A stretch of 64,000 bases of DNA from an uncultured Planctomycetia bacterium. Its GTDB lineage: Bacteria; Omnitrophota; Gorgyraeia; 1-14-0-20-64-10. Under the pieces are notes generated by a model that was given only the letters and a program-made list of their open reading frames with translations, made no database searches and was not told the DNA's origin. The stretch covers positions 5,655-69,654 of the forward strand of contig CAZQXN010000001.1 in the NCBI GenBank assembly GCA_964597545.1, read 5' to 3'. Shown here piece by piece: positions 1-11,171 of the stretch; the stretch's first letter is position 1; each line of letters starts with the position of its first letter. A program made the translations under genes and the position numbers.

Positions 1-47
1 CCTCCAGGTTCGAAGCCTGTCACTCTATCCAATTGAGCTACGGGCGC
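1..47 (-). tRNA. partial tRNA (5' portion; 3' part lies beyond window start), possibly tRNA-Arg(UCG)
   Basis: Revcomp reads GCGCCCGUAGCUCAAUUGGAUAGAGUG-ACAGG-CUUCGAA-CCUGG: acceptor 5' strand, D-arm, anticodon stem-loop with UCG. Closely resembles the E. coli tRNA-Arg D-arm. Truncated by the window edge. Confidence 0.4.
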
Positions 48-95
48 ATTGGTGCCTGGAGGATACGGAGAATGATTGGCGGCAAAGCCCCTATT

Positions 96-890
96 TTACG
101 CCTTTTTAGACCCTTTGGGAGCCCCTTTTAACGCAACCACCTCGGGAGGGGTGAGATACCGCCCGTGCCCTTCGGGCAGGCTCCCCAACTTCAAGGGCCC
201 CATGGAAATGCGGCAGAGGGCCCGGACGCCAATTTCAAGCTCGGAAAAGATCCGCCGGATCTCCCGCTTCTTCCCTTCCCGAAGCAGGAGCTGCAGACGC
301 CTCGGGGAGACCGTCCGAATCCGCTCCACCCGAGCCACTCCTTCTTCTAACCGAATCCCGCGGAGCAGCCGCTTGCACTCAAGAGGAGTTGGCAAGCGGT
401 GGAGCTCAACCTCGTACCATTTCTCCACCTCGTGACGGGGGTGAATCAATCGCTGGGCAAGATCCCCATCATTGGTGAATAGGATCAGGCCCGTAGAGTC
501 CCGATCCAACCGGCCTACAGGAAAAACCCGCCTTGGGGTCTGGCTCCCGCCAGAATCTTGGCGGGTGCCTGACCCCTTTTTGCCTTTAACCAGGGTGGAC
601 GTCAGGGCCGCGGGCAGAAGTTCATAAACCGTTTTCTTGGCAAAGCGGTCAGAAGCGGTGGTGGTGAAACCGGCCGGCTTGTTCAGGAGGAAGTAAACCA
701 ACTCCTCCCAATGGACCCGCTCTCCCCGGAAGATCACCTGATCCTGCTCAGGGTCCACCTGGCGGCCGAGATCGCGGACAACCTCGCCGTTGACAGTAAC
801 CTGGCCTGCCCGGATGAATGTTTCACACTTCCTGCGGGCGGCAATGCCTGCCAGTGCCAGGGCGCGTGCGATGCGCATGGAGTTACCCAT
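96..890 (-). CDS. pseudouridine synthase, RsuA/RluB family (S4 RNA-binding domain + PSU catalytic domain)
   Basis: N-terminal S4-like MRIARALALAGIA-RR and central catalytic motif VGRLDRDSTGLILFTNDG. Probable true start at the second Met. Confidence 0.8.
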   Translation of the reverse strand: MGNSMRIARALALAGIAARRKCETFIRAGQVTVNGEVVRDLGRQVDPEQDQVIFRGERVHWEELVYFLLNKPAGFTTTASDRFAKKTVYELLPAALTSTLVKGKKGSGTRQDSGGSQTPRRVFPVGRLDRDSTGLILFTNDGDLAQRLIHPRHEVEKWYEVELHRLPTPLECKRLLRGIRLEEGVARVERIRTVSPRRLQLLLREGKKREIRRIFSELEIGVRALCRISMGPLKLGSLPEGHGRYLTPPEVVALKGAPKGSKKA

Positions 891-1539
891 CTCGCTTTTT
901 CAAGATGACCCGGGCAGGGGCAGCATCCCCGCCTGCGACCTTCAATGGCAGGCAACAGAGGTGGTAGCGCCCGGGCCGCACCTCGGCGAGGTTCAACCCC
1001 TCAACGATCCAGATGCCGGCCTTGAGGAGGAGGCGATGCGCGTCAGCCCGGTTGTTGTTCCGGAAGCCCCCAACCGAAAGATAATCGATACCTACCATGC
1101 GCACCGGAAGTGCAGCCAAAAACTGCGCTGCAGCTGTTGAGAGATAGACATAATTCTCGCTGAAGCGCTTGGATTTCCAGACCTTCAAGGAGTTACGGGT
1201 TTTGAATAAAATCCGTTCTCCTTTGCGGATGCGGCTTAAGCGCAGCGCGGCAGGCTGGATGGCGTCCGCACTTGGGATCTCGATGACGCGAGCTGGCCCC
1301 ACCGCAGCCTCCAGGGGCAGGTGATCCACCCCGCAGCCTGAGGGGAAATAATGGCGCGGGGCATCCACATGGGTGCCGGCGTGACAGCCCATGACAAGCT
1401 CTGAGACCGTCGAGGAGCCGCCCCGGATAACATCTTTGATGCGGCGGATACGGGTTTTGGGGCTGCCGGGCCAGCGCACCATACCGTTGTGAACGGGGAC
1501 GGTGATGTCGATCCAACCTCTTTTTTGAGATGAAGGCAT
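883..1539 (-). CDS. cyclase-family protein / kynurenine formamidase-like
   Basis: HAGTHVDAPRH motif typical of the cyclase/arylformamidase family. 218 aa. Confidence 0.65.
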   Translation of the reverse strand: MPSSQKRGWIDITVPVHNGMVRWPGSPKTRIRRIKDVIRGGSSTVSELVMGCHAGTHVDAPRHYFPSGCGVDHLPLEAAVGPARVIEIPSADAIQPAALRLSRIRKGERILFKTRNSLKVWKSKRFSENYVYLSTAAAQFLAALPVRMVGIDYLSVGGFRNNNRADAHRLLLKAGIWIVEGLNLAEVRPGRYHLCCLPLKVAGGDAAPARVILKKRDG

Positions 1540-1731
1540 TTGTGCTCCTTAAGGGTTGACCGCCCGAAATTCTAGCACAGATCCCCAGGAGGCTGCGGCT
1601 CGATCAACCAGGGGTTGACACATTAGGGGATTTTTCTTTATTCTGAGCAAAATTGGAGTTACCATAACTTAGCACAAATAAGCACAACTGAGCATTAGAG
1701 CATCTCGCCAGGCAACACAAAGAGAGGGTGT

Positions 1732-1971
1732 ATGTCGACAGAAGACCGCCTGATGAGTCTAAAAGAGGTTGCAGAGTACCTTTCGATCCACGAGATGACC
1801 CTCTACACTTTGATCCAAGAAACCAATATCCCTGCTATGAAGCTCGGGGGGCAGTGGCGGTTCAAAAAGAGCCTGCTGGACAAGTGGGTCTCTGAAGAGA
1901 TGAACCGCAAGCACCTCGCCATCGAGACAAAGACAGAAGAAAAGGGCTGCGACGAAACACCGCAGCCCTAA
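1732..1971 (+). CDS. small helix-turn-helix DNA-binding protein (excisionase/MerR-like HTH_17 family)
   Basis: LKEVAEYLSIHEMTLYTLIQETNIPAMKLGGQWRF matches the HTH_17 pattern. Only plus-strand gene in the first 17 kb, preceded by an AT-rich region containing TTGACA. Confidence 0.55.
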   Translation: MSTEDRLMSLKEVAEYLSIHEMTLYTLIQETNIPAMKLGGQWRFKKSLLDKWVSEEMNRKHLAIETKTEEKGCDETPQP

Positions 1972-1993
1972 CCATAAACCAACAAACTTAAAA

Positions 1994-2019
1994 GCAGCCC
2001 ATCGGCTGCTTTTTCTTTT
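1994..2019. terminator. rho-independent terminator, likely bidirectional, between convergent HTH gene and peroxiredoxin gene
   Basis: GCAGCC-catc-GGCTGC hairpin followed by a TTTTTCTTTT run. Confidence 0.6.
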
Positions 2020-2617
2020 AGGGCACCTGGATCGTTTTCTGCCCCGGTTTCCAGCTGCAGGGGGTCAACCCCCCGGTCTGGAGGGCATCCAAGACCCTTA
2101 ACACCTCTTCTGGATTGCGCCCGACGCTTAAGTCGGTCACCATGGAAAAGCGGATGATGCCATCGGGATCCACCAGGAAGGTGGCGCGCTGTGCCACTCC
2201 CTCCTTGCGGTCGATGATCCCCAGGGCGGTTGAGAGTTCCCGCTTTAAATCCGCCAGCATCGGAAAGGGCAGTGTGGCAAGTTCCTCCTTCTGCTGCCGC
2301 CAGGCCAGATGCACAAACTCTGAGTCGGTGCTCCCGCCCAACACCTGAGCCCCTCGCTTGGAGAATTCAGGTGTGATCTTGCCGAAAGCCTCAATCTCTG
2401 TCGGGCAAACAAAGGTGAAGTCCTTCGGCCAGAAGAAGACCACCAGCCACTTGCCTTTGGTGGTATCGTTGCTGACCTCGACAAAGGCATCTTTAGCGCT
2501 GTTGGAGACAACCCCTTTAAGGCGAAACTCAGGAAACCGATCACCAACACTCAACATAGAATGAACCTCCTTGATATTGCGAGAGAGAAAAACGACGGGA
2601 TTGAAGGATAGACTCAA
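2018..2617 (-). CDS. peroxiredoxin (AhpC/TSA family)
   Basis: FTFVCPTE peroxidatic-cysteine motif and thioredoxin fold. A more likely start is the internal Met at MLSVGDRF, about 2560. Confidence 0.8.
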   Translation of the reverse strand: MSLSFNPVVFLSRNIKEVHSMLSVGDRFPEFRLKGVVSNSAKDAFVEVSNDTTKGKWLVVFFWPKDFTFVCPTEIEAFGKITPEFSKRGAQVLGGSTDSEFVHLAWRQQKEELATLPFPMLADLKRELSTALGIIDRKEGVAQRATFLVDPDGIIRFSMVTDLSVGRNPEEVLRVLDALQTGGLTPCSWKPGQKTIQVP

Positions 2618-2657
2618 TCCCGTCGATGTAACTGCTTGAAAACAAAAGAATTATGAC

Positions 2658-2998
2658 TAGCGGGGCCTGGATTCGAACCAGGGACCTTCAGGTTATGCGT
2701 ACCACTTCAGCTTTCGCTGCCTCGCCAAAGCTACCGGCAAGTTTGTGGTCTGGACTATCTCTTCGCCCCATGAGATCACATCAATCCCACGGGGTGCCCA
2801 TCGTTTAGTCTCTACACCTCTCCGCCAAAAACGAGATTGCTTCGTCCCGCTGCAAGCGGGCCTCGCAATGACAGGCGGATTTGGCTCGGGATTCCCAGTG
2901 AAGGGTTCCCCGAATTTGACAGGTGATCTTTCCCTGCATTGCTGCAGGGACGCCCATTGACTTGAGCCTGACGAGCTACCAGACTGCTCCACCCCGCA
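2658..2998 (-). tRNA. initiator-like tRNA-Met(CAU) gene interrupted by a group I intron (exons 2965-2998 and 2658-2697)
   Basis: The spliced sequence UGCGGGGUGGAGCAGUCUGGUAGCUCGUCAGGCU|CAUAACCUGAAGGUCCCUGGUUCGAAUCCAGGCCCCGCUA folds as a 74-nt cloverleaf, nearly identical to bacterial tRNA-fMet (A11:U24, 1:72 mismatch). The 5' exon ends in U33 and the intron ends in G. Confidence 0.75.
2698..2964 (-). ncRNA. group I self-splicing intron (267 nt) in the anticodon loop between U33 and C34
   Basis: Contains P-like GUCAAAUUCGGGGAACC, Q-like AAUCCGCCUG, R-like GUGUAGAGACUAAACG and S-like AAGAGAUAGUCC. It resembles Azoarcus/cyanobacterial tRNA introns. The ORFs predicted across it are spurious. Confidence 0.7.
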
Positions 2999-3043
2999 AT
3001 GGTAACTGTGTATTATAGACCTGACCTGGGGGCCATGCAAGGG

Positions 3044-3853
3044 TTACCCCGATAGCAGCCGGCAAACAGCGCAGTTCCAGCCCGCAGGCCCAACTCCTTC
3101 GGACCGCTCAAGGTGGCTTACATGGATCTTGTCCCAGGCGCCACCCGGCTTTTGAACCAACAGGGGCAGATCAACCGCCGCCAACATGGGTTCATCATTG
3201 CGGCTGTCTCCAATCCCTACGGTCCTGATCGCTCCGAACTGCTGCCTGAACAAACCGCTTAAGAGGGTAACGGCCTTGCCCTTGTCATTCGGGCCCATGG
3301 CATGGTGAAAGATGCCGCCGTGCACTCCCTGGAGCCCCTTGCGCTCCAGAGCCTCAAGAAAAGCCTTCTCTTGCTCTTGCGGAGAATCCAGCTTGACAGT
3401 TTCATCGTATTCCCGCGCCTTGGCCCGTTCGGCGTCGTCCAGGGCAAGGCCGGTTGCTCTGGCAACCTCTTCGGGAGACATCTCTCCAAATCCGGTAAAG
3501 GAGAGGGGGGTCTCAGCCTGAATCTCCTTTAAGCGCCTGCGGATTTCAGGGTAGGGTAAGCCGATTTCGATGACATCAAATCCCTCTAGGGAGCGCTGGA
3601 ACAGGTAAGGGGCCTGAAAATATCCTTTCGGAATGAAGATGGCGCCGCCATTCTCAGAGATAAAGGGGTGGTGAATTTGGAGCTTCTCCTGGATGACAAC
3701 CAGCTCCGCCCGCGTCTTGGCAGAGCAGAAGATAAGGGGCACTTGCCGCGAACGGACGAGCTCCAGCCCCTCCTGAGCCTGGGTGTGGGAATAGGTTTTG
3801 TACTCCAGGAGGGTGCCATCCAGATCGGTAAAGAGGATTAGCTGTGCGTCCAT
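3044..3853 (-). CDS. mpgP: mannosyl-3-phosphoglycerate phosphatase (HAD-IIB)
   Basis: Start taken at MDAQLILFTDLDGTLL, the HAD motif I. GIGDSRNDEPML is motif III. Sits in a cluster with mpgS. Confidence 0.75.
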   Translation of the reverse strand: MDAQLILFTDLDGTLLEYKTYSHTQAQEGLELVRSRQVPLIFCSAKTRAELVVIQEKLQIHHPFISENGGAIFIPKGYFQAPYLFQRSLEGFDVIEIGLPYPEIRRRLKEIQAETPLSFTGFGEMSPEEVARATGLALDDAERAKAREYDETVKLDSPQEQEKAFLEALERKGLQGVHGGIFHHAMGPNDKGKAVTLLSGLFRQQFGAIRTVGIGDSRNDEPMLAAVDLPLLVQKPGGAWDKIHVSHLERSEGVGPAGWNCAVCRLLSG

Positions 3854-5472
3854 TGGATAAGCAAGCAGACCAAGAGGATGAAACCAAAGTAGAGGAGGAT
3901 CAGCCGGTAGCGGCTGCCCCAGGCAATGCGCGAAACCGAGGCGCCGGTATCCCACTGCACCCAGGGAGCCCCAGCTTGAGCAAGCCTCGCCAGGGAACAG
4001 AGCGCGGCTACCCCAACGACTGTGATAAAACCGGTCACATTCCACCAAAGCCAGGAGATCTCGGTGAATTGCCAGAGACAAATGTTGACTGCAATTCCGG
4101 CGACCACCCCAAGCTTCACTGCCCCCGCATGGACCCAGCGCGTGGCAACCCCCAACAGAAAGGCCGCCAGGATCGGTCCATACAGCAGGGATCCCACCGC
4201 ATTGATAAGAACGAGGGTGGTTTGCCGGGTCGCTTCACCGATGGCTGCGAATTGCAGGGCTGCCGCAACACAGAAGAGGCCCCACAAACCGGTGCAGAGC
4301 TTGGAAACCTTAATGAGCTCCGCTTCCCCTGCGTGGGGTCTTAAATGCCTCTGATAGAAATCCTTGACCGTCACCGCACTTAAGGAATTTAACGCCGAAT
4401 CAAGGCTCGACATCAGTGCCGCCATGATCGCTACAAAGATCAGCCCGATCACCCCGTGAGGTAAGAATCCCAGGATAAAGAAGGGGAGCATCCGGTCTGG
4501 ATCGCGTCCCAGGGCTTCGGAGACGGCGGCGGTATCCATCTGCAGTGCTGAGGCAATCCTGGGCAGGGTTTCCGGCAAAGTAAAAACTGCTCCCACGAAA
4601 ACACCCACGAGGCAGTAGGCCAACACAACAGGAAAGCGGCCCAAGGCATTCACCATGAGGGATTGGCGGCTCCCATCCAGGGAGGGGACGCTGATCTCCC
4701 GCTGCATCTGGCTCTGATCGCAGCCATAGTAAGAGGCATAGAGAAAGATCCCGCCGATCAACATGGGCCAAAAACCGTACTTGCCCTCTGGGGTAAGGCC
4801 CCACTGGTGAAAATGAAGGATTTGGGCTCGCCCCGGCTCGAAAGCCGCCCAGGCCCCTTCCCAGCCGACAATCGAGAGGGCGGTCGCACCGCAGATCAGG
4901 ACCCCAACAACGATGATCCCCATCTGGAGCACATCGGTCAGGATCACCACCCTTAAGCCTCCTAAAATGTCATAGAGGATGGTGATTGCTCCAACGAGAA
5001 CAATGGCGGTTGCCGTCGGAATGGATAAAACCGTTGAGAGCACCAATCCCCCTGCCAGCACCGCCACCGCAGTGGCCAAACCCCGCCCCAGCAGAAAGAG
5101 GAAGCTCACCAGCGTTCGGGTGGAGCTGTCGAAGCGTTGCTCAAGATAGCTGTAGATGCTGACCCGATTCCTTTGATGCAGAGTAGGCAGCAAAACAGCC
5201 ATCACCAGCAAAAGCCCCAAGGGGACGCCAAACTCATAGCAGAGCCACTTGAGCCCCCCTCCGGGTTTCAGGGCCACAAAGGCAGGGGCCGAGATGAAAC
5301 TGATGGCAGACAGCTGCGTTGCCATCGTGGAAAGCCCGGACTGCCATCCAGGAGTTTGACGGCCGGCCAAATAATAATCTTGAAGGGTGCGCTGGGAAGT
5401 GCTCAGGCGTGCAGCAATCCAGAGGATGACAACGATGTAAAGCAGGAGGGCAGTCCAGTCGAGGAAGTTCAT
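3838..5472 (-). CDS. sodium:solute symporter (SSS family) permease
   Basis: 544 aa polytopic membrane protein with the SSS-family N-terminal pattern (YYLAGR, many TM helices). Located between mpgS and mpgP. Confidence 0.75.
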   Translation of the reverse strand: MNFLDWTALLLYIVVILWIAARLSTSQRTLQDYYLAGRQTPGWQSGLSTMATQLSAISFISAPAFVALKPGGGLKWLCYEFGVPLGLLLVMAVLLPTLHQRNRVSIYSYLEQRFDSSTRTLVSFLFLLGRGLATAVAVLAGGLVLSTVLSIPTATAIVLVGAITILYDILGGLRVVILTDVLQMGIIVVGVLICGATALSIVGWEGAWAAFEPGRAQILHFHQWGLTPEGKYGFWPMLIGGIFLYASYYGCDQSQMQREISVPSLDGSRQSLMVNALGRFPVVLAYCLVGVFVGAVFTLPETLPRIASALQMDTAAVSEALGRDPDRMLPFFILGFLPHGVIGLIFVAIMAALMSSLDSALNSLSAVTVKDFYQRHLRPHAGEAELIKVSKLCTGLWGLFCVAAALQFAAIGEATRQTTLVLINAVGSLLYGPILAAFLLGVATRWVHAGAVKLGVVAGIAVNICLWQFTEISWLWWNVTGFITVVGVAALCSLARLAQAGAPWVQWDTGASVSRIAWGSRYRLILLYFGFILLVCLLIQWTHS

Positions 5473-5499
5473 CCCGGAACCGCCAGAACGACCAGGGGG

Positions 5500-6688
5500 T
5501 TAAACCTTCCCCTCCTTAACCAACCTGGCATAGGGGGTAGGCTCAAGGTCCTTTAAGAACGCATCCAGGTTGATGGAGGACAGCGGCGGATAGCGGCGAG
5601 GCTGTGGGGGTTTTTGTCCGCGCCGCAGGAAGCGGAAGCGGACCATCTCGTCATACACCTCTTCCCGAACACTCTTGGGGCAAGCGGGGGAGTGGTAGAT
5701 CACCTGCATGGCAGCGTAGAGCATGCCGCCAACATGATCGTCATCCCCGGCCTCATGGAGGTGGGGGTTGCGAGATTCAATCTGGCTGACCTGAACCTTG
5801 TGCTTCATCACATCCGGATCCGGCCCCACTGAAAGCCCGCCGAACTTCTCAATGAGATTCATGATGTGATACGGCTCAATGGAGTAGCCTCCGGAGTAAT
5901 CCAAGCGCATGGCCAGATCCGTGGTCATGGCATGCTCGCCGGAGTTTCCGGTCTTGATGATCTCGGTCTCATAGCCGGTGTAGGCGCTGATCAAGCGGTT
6001 GAGGAGGCGGTTGGTGTGGCTGGAGGTCCGCCCCCACTTATGGAAAAAGATCTTGGACTCGGCAATCTTGGGCTTGCTGTTCCAAGAGATTCGAACCTTG
6101 GCATAGGGAGATTTGTTCATGATGAAGCCGGCGGCATACTCCCGGATGTACTCCTCCACCGCTCCCGGAAAGTAGTTGTCGGCATCGACAAAACCGACGT
6201 ACTTCTTGCCGGCAAGCTTGGCCAACAGCATCCCGATCAGCATCCCCTCTCCCTTACCGTCAAAAATCCGCCCCTCTTGATCCAAGATCTTCTGGTAGCC
6301 AACCATCTCAAAGGCCTTGGCCAAGATCGGATCCTTCTGGTGGATGATGAGGGCATGCTTGTTGACGAAGAGGCAGAAGTCCCTGAGGGCATCCTTCTCC
6401 ATGCTGAAGCGGTCTACCGGAGTGCGGGGGCTGTTGGAGACGATGATGATGAGACACGGATGCGGAATTCCGGTTAAGACCCCCTCGACCAGCTTCAAGC
6501 GCTCAGAGCGGACCGGGACCACAATCGCCATCTCCCGCATCACTTCATGGAGGGCTTCGTAGGGAATCTGCTGAATGGCAGAGCCCTTTAAGGGGGTCTG
6601 CTCGCGCCTGAGGCCCGAATCAAGCTCAAGCACCTTCTGGAGCCCTCCGAAGCGGATCGCCCCAAACCGCTCAACCTCTCTGGGAAGT

Positions 6689-6699
<11 letters not shown>
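5500..6699 (-). CDS. mpgS: mannosyl-3-phosphoglycerate synthase (GT55)
   Basis: 399 aa with GFVDADNYFPGAVEEYIREYAAGF and end-to-end similarity to Thermus/Pyrococcus MpgS. Confidence 0.85.
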
Positions 6700-8891
<2,192 letters not shown>

Positions 8892-8934
8892 GTGGGTTTA
8901 CTCATTGTGAGCAGTGATGACAGTTGTGTAATGC

Positions 8935-9264
8935 TTAATCTGTCAATTTCTGAATCTTTTCCTCAAGCTGGTTCTTGGGCTGGACGCCTATGACCCGATC
9001 GACCTCTTCACCGCCCTTGAAGAAGATGAGGGTCGGGATATTCATCACACCAAACTTGGCTGCCAGGTCCGGATCCTCATCCACATTGACTTTGCCGACG
9101 GTGAACTTCCCTTGATAGTTTTGCGCTAATTCATCGAGGACCGGCCCCACCGCTCGACAGGGTGCACACCACTCGGCCCAGAAATCGATGAGTGCAGGGG
9201 TCTTGGACTGAAGGATCTCGGTTTCAAAGTTGGATTGCGTGACGGCAACAGTCGCTGTGCTCAT
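8935..9264 (-). CDS. trxA: thioredoxin
   Basis: WCAPC active site. Start set at ATG 9262-9264, which has an AAGGAG RBS 7 nt upstream. The tracked ORF begins at an upstream GTG. Confidence 0.9.
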   Translation of the reverse strand: MSTATVAVTQSNFETEILQSKTPALIDFWAEWCAPCRAVGPVLDELAQNYQGKFTVGKVNVDEDPDLAAKFGVMNIPTLIFFKGGEEVDRVIGVQPKNQLEEKIQKLTD

Positions 9265-9313
9265 GAAAATCTCCTTTACGGGCACCCGGTATCGCGTACC
9301 CGGTACCGATGGT

Positions 9314-10540
9314 TTATCGAGATGTCAGATGCAGGTGGGTTCTGCCCGTATAGTATAACAGAGCGATCCCAGCCAGGGCAAAGGATCCGCCGACAACCCC
9401 CAAGACCACGGCCTCGCCCCATCGCTCGGCCATGCTACCGCTGGCCAGCATGGCCGCAATCAAACTGGCATTGACTACTACCCCGAGACTGCTGAAGATT
9501 CGGCCGTGGAGCCGCTCGGGGTGTGCCTCGTGAATCAGGGTGTTGGTCACAATGCCGGCAGGGGTGATAAAGAAGCCCAGGAAGGCCACCGCCAAGGAGG
9601 CCAACGCACGAGACTCGAACCCTGCCACAGCTGCGACAAAGAAGAGGAGGGCCGCGCTGCAGCCCACGAAGGTGATCCCTAAAACCAGCTTGTGGGGCCA
9701 ACGTGTGGCCCACCGGCCATAGGCCAGCGCACCGGTCAACATCCCCCACCCCAGCCACAGCCCCAAGAAACCCAGATCCTTGGTCACCGAGCCCAGGGAC
9801 TGCTGTACCAGCACCGTTCCGGCCACAATGCTGGCTCCTGCGCCGGCCATCAGCAGTCCCAAGAGGCCGATGATCCAGCGGGTGGAGTGATGCAGCCACA
9901 ATTCCTGAATCCCCTCAACGATCTGGTGAAAGATCTTCCTGGCGGTTTCGCCTCGCCGTTTGCGGCCGCGGTGCCTCCGCACAATGAGCGCAATAAAGAA
10001 TGCCGAGGTCAGGTAGCCGGCAGCATTGGCCCAACTGGTTCGGGTGGTCCCCACCCACTCCACCAACAGCGCCCCCACTAAGAGAATGAGCGCCGCTCCA
10101 GTCATCCCCGAGGTCGTAAAGAGGGCATTGGCTTTGGCCAACCGGCTCCTGGAGACCAAATCCGGAATCATGGCAAGCCGGGCCGGAACAAAGAAACTTG
10201 AGAGGGCAAAGAGGGTGAAGATCGCCAAGTAAAAAGAGAACTGGTTGGGGGCTTGTGCTAAGAAGGGCAAAGCAAGGATGGTCCCGGCCCGAATCAAATC
10301 GCAGATGATCATGGTGCGCTTGCGGTCCCAGCGGTCCACATAGGCACCGGCAAAAGGGCTGATCAGCAAAGCCGGAAGCGAGGTCAGTGCCAAAACCTTG
10401 GCCAGGCTCATCGTTGAGCCCGAGGCGCGGGCCGCTGCCAGGGCCACCAACAAAAGCTGGGTCAGTCGATCCCCGCACTGGGAGCAGAGTTGTCCGAGCC
10501 AGAGAAGCCGGAAGTTTCTGTTCTTGAGAAGGGCCAGCAC
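9314..10540 (-). CDS. MFS transporter
   Basis: About 12 TM helices with the MFS loop motif. Start proposed at GTG 10538-10540, which has a GGAGG RBS and abuts the upstream gene's stop. Confidence 0.7.
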   Translation of the reverse strand: MLALLKNRNFRLLWLGQLCSQCGDRLTQLLLVALAAARASGSTMSLAKVLALTSLPALLISPFAGAYVDRWDRKRTMIICDLIRAGTILALPFLAQAPNQFSFYLAIFTLFALSSFFVPARLAMIPDLVSRSRLAKANALFTTSGMTGAALILLVGALLVEWVGTTRTSWANAAGYLTSAFFIALIVRRHRGRKRRGETARKIFHQIVEGIQELWLHHSTRWIIGLLGLLMAGAGASIVAGTVLVQQSLGSVTKDLGFLGLWLGWGMLTGALAYGRWATRWPHKLVLGITFVGCSAALLFFVAAVAGFESRALASLAVAFLGFFITPAGIVTNTLIHEAHPERLHGRIFSSLGVVVNASLIAAMLASGSMAERWGEAVVLGVVGGSFALAGIALLYYTGRTHLHLTSR

Positions 10541-10541
10541 G

Positions 10542-11162
10542 CTATGCCTCCGAAAAAGCTCTGTGGCTCTCTCGAAGGATGATGGGCAGCATCGCCAAGG
10601 CTGCCACAGGGTCGGCCCACCACCAGCCCAACCAAGCATTCAGCACCAGACCCACCAAGAGGGCAACAGAGAGATAGCCGCAGATTAAGGTCTCCATGGC
10701 ATCAGCGGCAAGGGCCCGGCTTTTGATTCTTTGGGCAACCCGCAGCTTGCGCAGCACCAGATACGGCATGATCAGGGCCGAGAGAACGGCTAAAACCATG
10801 CCGACATGGCTGACCTGGGGAGCCTCTCGGTGCCACAACATCGTCCCTGCCTCGTAGCCGATATAGCCGGCCAACAGCAAGAAGGTCACGCCGATCACGC
10901 GCAGGGCCCGACGCTCCTGATCTGTGTGCTTGGAATGTGAGCAGCCCAGCTCACAGCGAAGCCTCCAAAGGACCGCGCTGGCGGCTGTGACCTCAATGAC
11001 GCTGTCCAACCCGAAACCCACCAGGGCAATGGAGCCGGCCAGATACCCTGCAATGAGTGCCACCGCCGCCTCGATGACATTCCAGCCGATGGTGACATAC
11101 TCCAACCAAAGGGCCTGCTGGATGAGGTGCCTGGGATTACCCGAGGAGGTCTGTTGTGACAA
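10542..11162 (-). CDS. cation-efflux (CDF-like) membrane protein, transmembrane domain only
   Basis: 206 aa with about 6 TM helices and the His/Asp-containing TM pattern of the cation_efflux family. No cytoplasmic CTD is present. Confidence 0.5.
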   Translation of the reverse strand: MSQQTSSGNPRHLIQQALWLEYVTIGWNVIEAAVALIAGYLAGSIALVGFGLDSVIEVTAASAVLWRLRCELGCSHSKHTDQERRALRVIGVTFLLLAGYIGYEAGTMLWHREAPQVSHVGMVLAVLSALIMPYLVLRKLRVAQRIKSRALAADAMETLICGYLSVALLVGLVLNAWLGWWWADPVAALAMLPIILRESHRAFSEA

Positions 11163-11171
11163 AGAGGCGCC

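Noticed and set aside
1-95. Plus-strand reading of the window start as the 3' end of a tRNA (CCAGGTTCGAAGCCTG T-arm-like)
   Set aside because: The minus-strand reading gives a coherent acceptor 5' strand, D-arm and anticodon stem-loop, whereas the plus-strand reading lacks an acceptor 3' strand. The minus-strand partial tRNA is preferred.
2658-3040. Possible tmRNA (ssrA): a tRNA-like 3' end with a long structured upstream region
   Set aside because: The 5' part forms a complete D-arm and anticodon stem with a CAU anticodon, which tmRNA lacks. There is no recognisable tag-peptide reading frame with a resume codon. The internal segment carries group I P/Q/R/S blocks. An intron-containing tRNA explains it better.
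2693-3040. ORFs 2693-3040 (-) and 2745-2960 (+) from the six-frame track
   Set aside because: They lie entirely within the intron-containing tRNA locus. These are spurious reading frames through structured RNA.
5866-6477. 203-aa plus-strand ORF antisense to mpgS, and similar long antisense ORFs inside eno, cusA, GH65 and atpD
   Set aside because: Embedded in well-supported genes on the opposite strand. High GC inflates antisense ORF length. No motifs.
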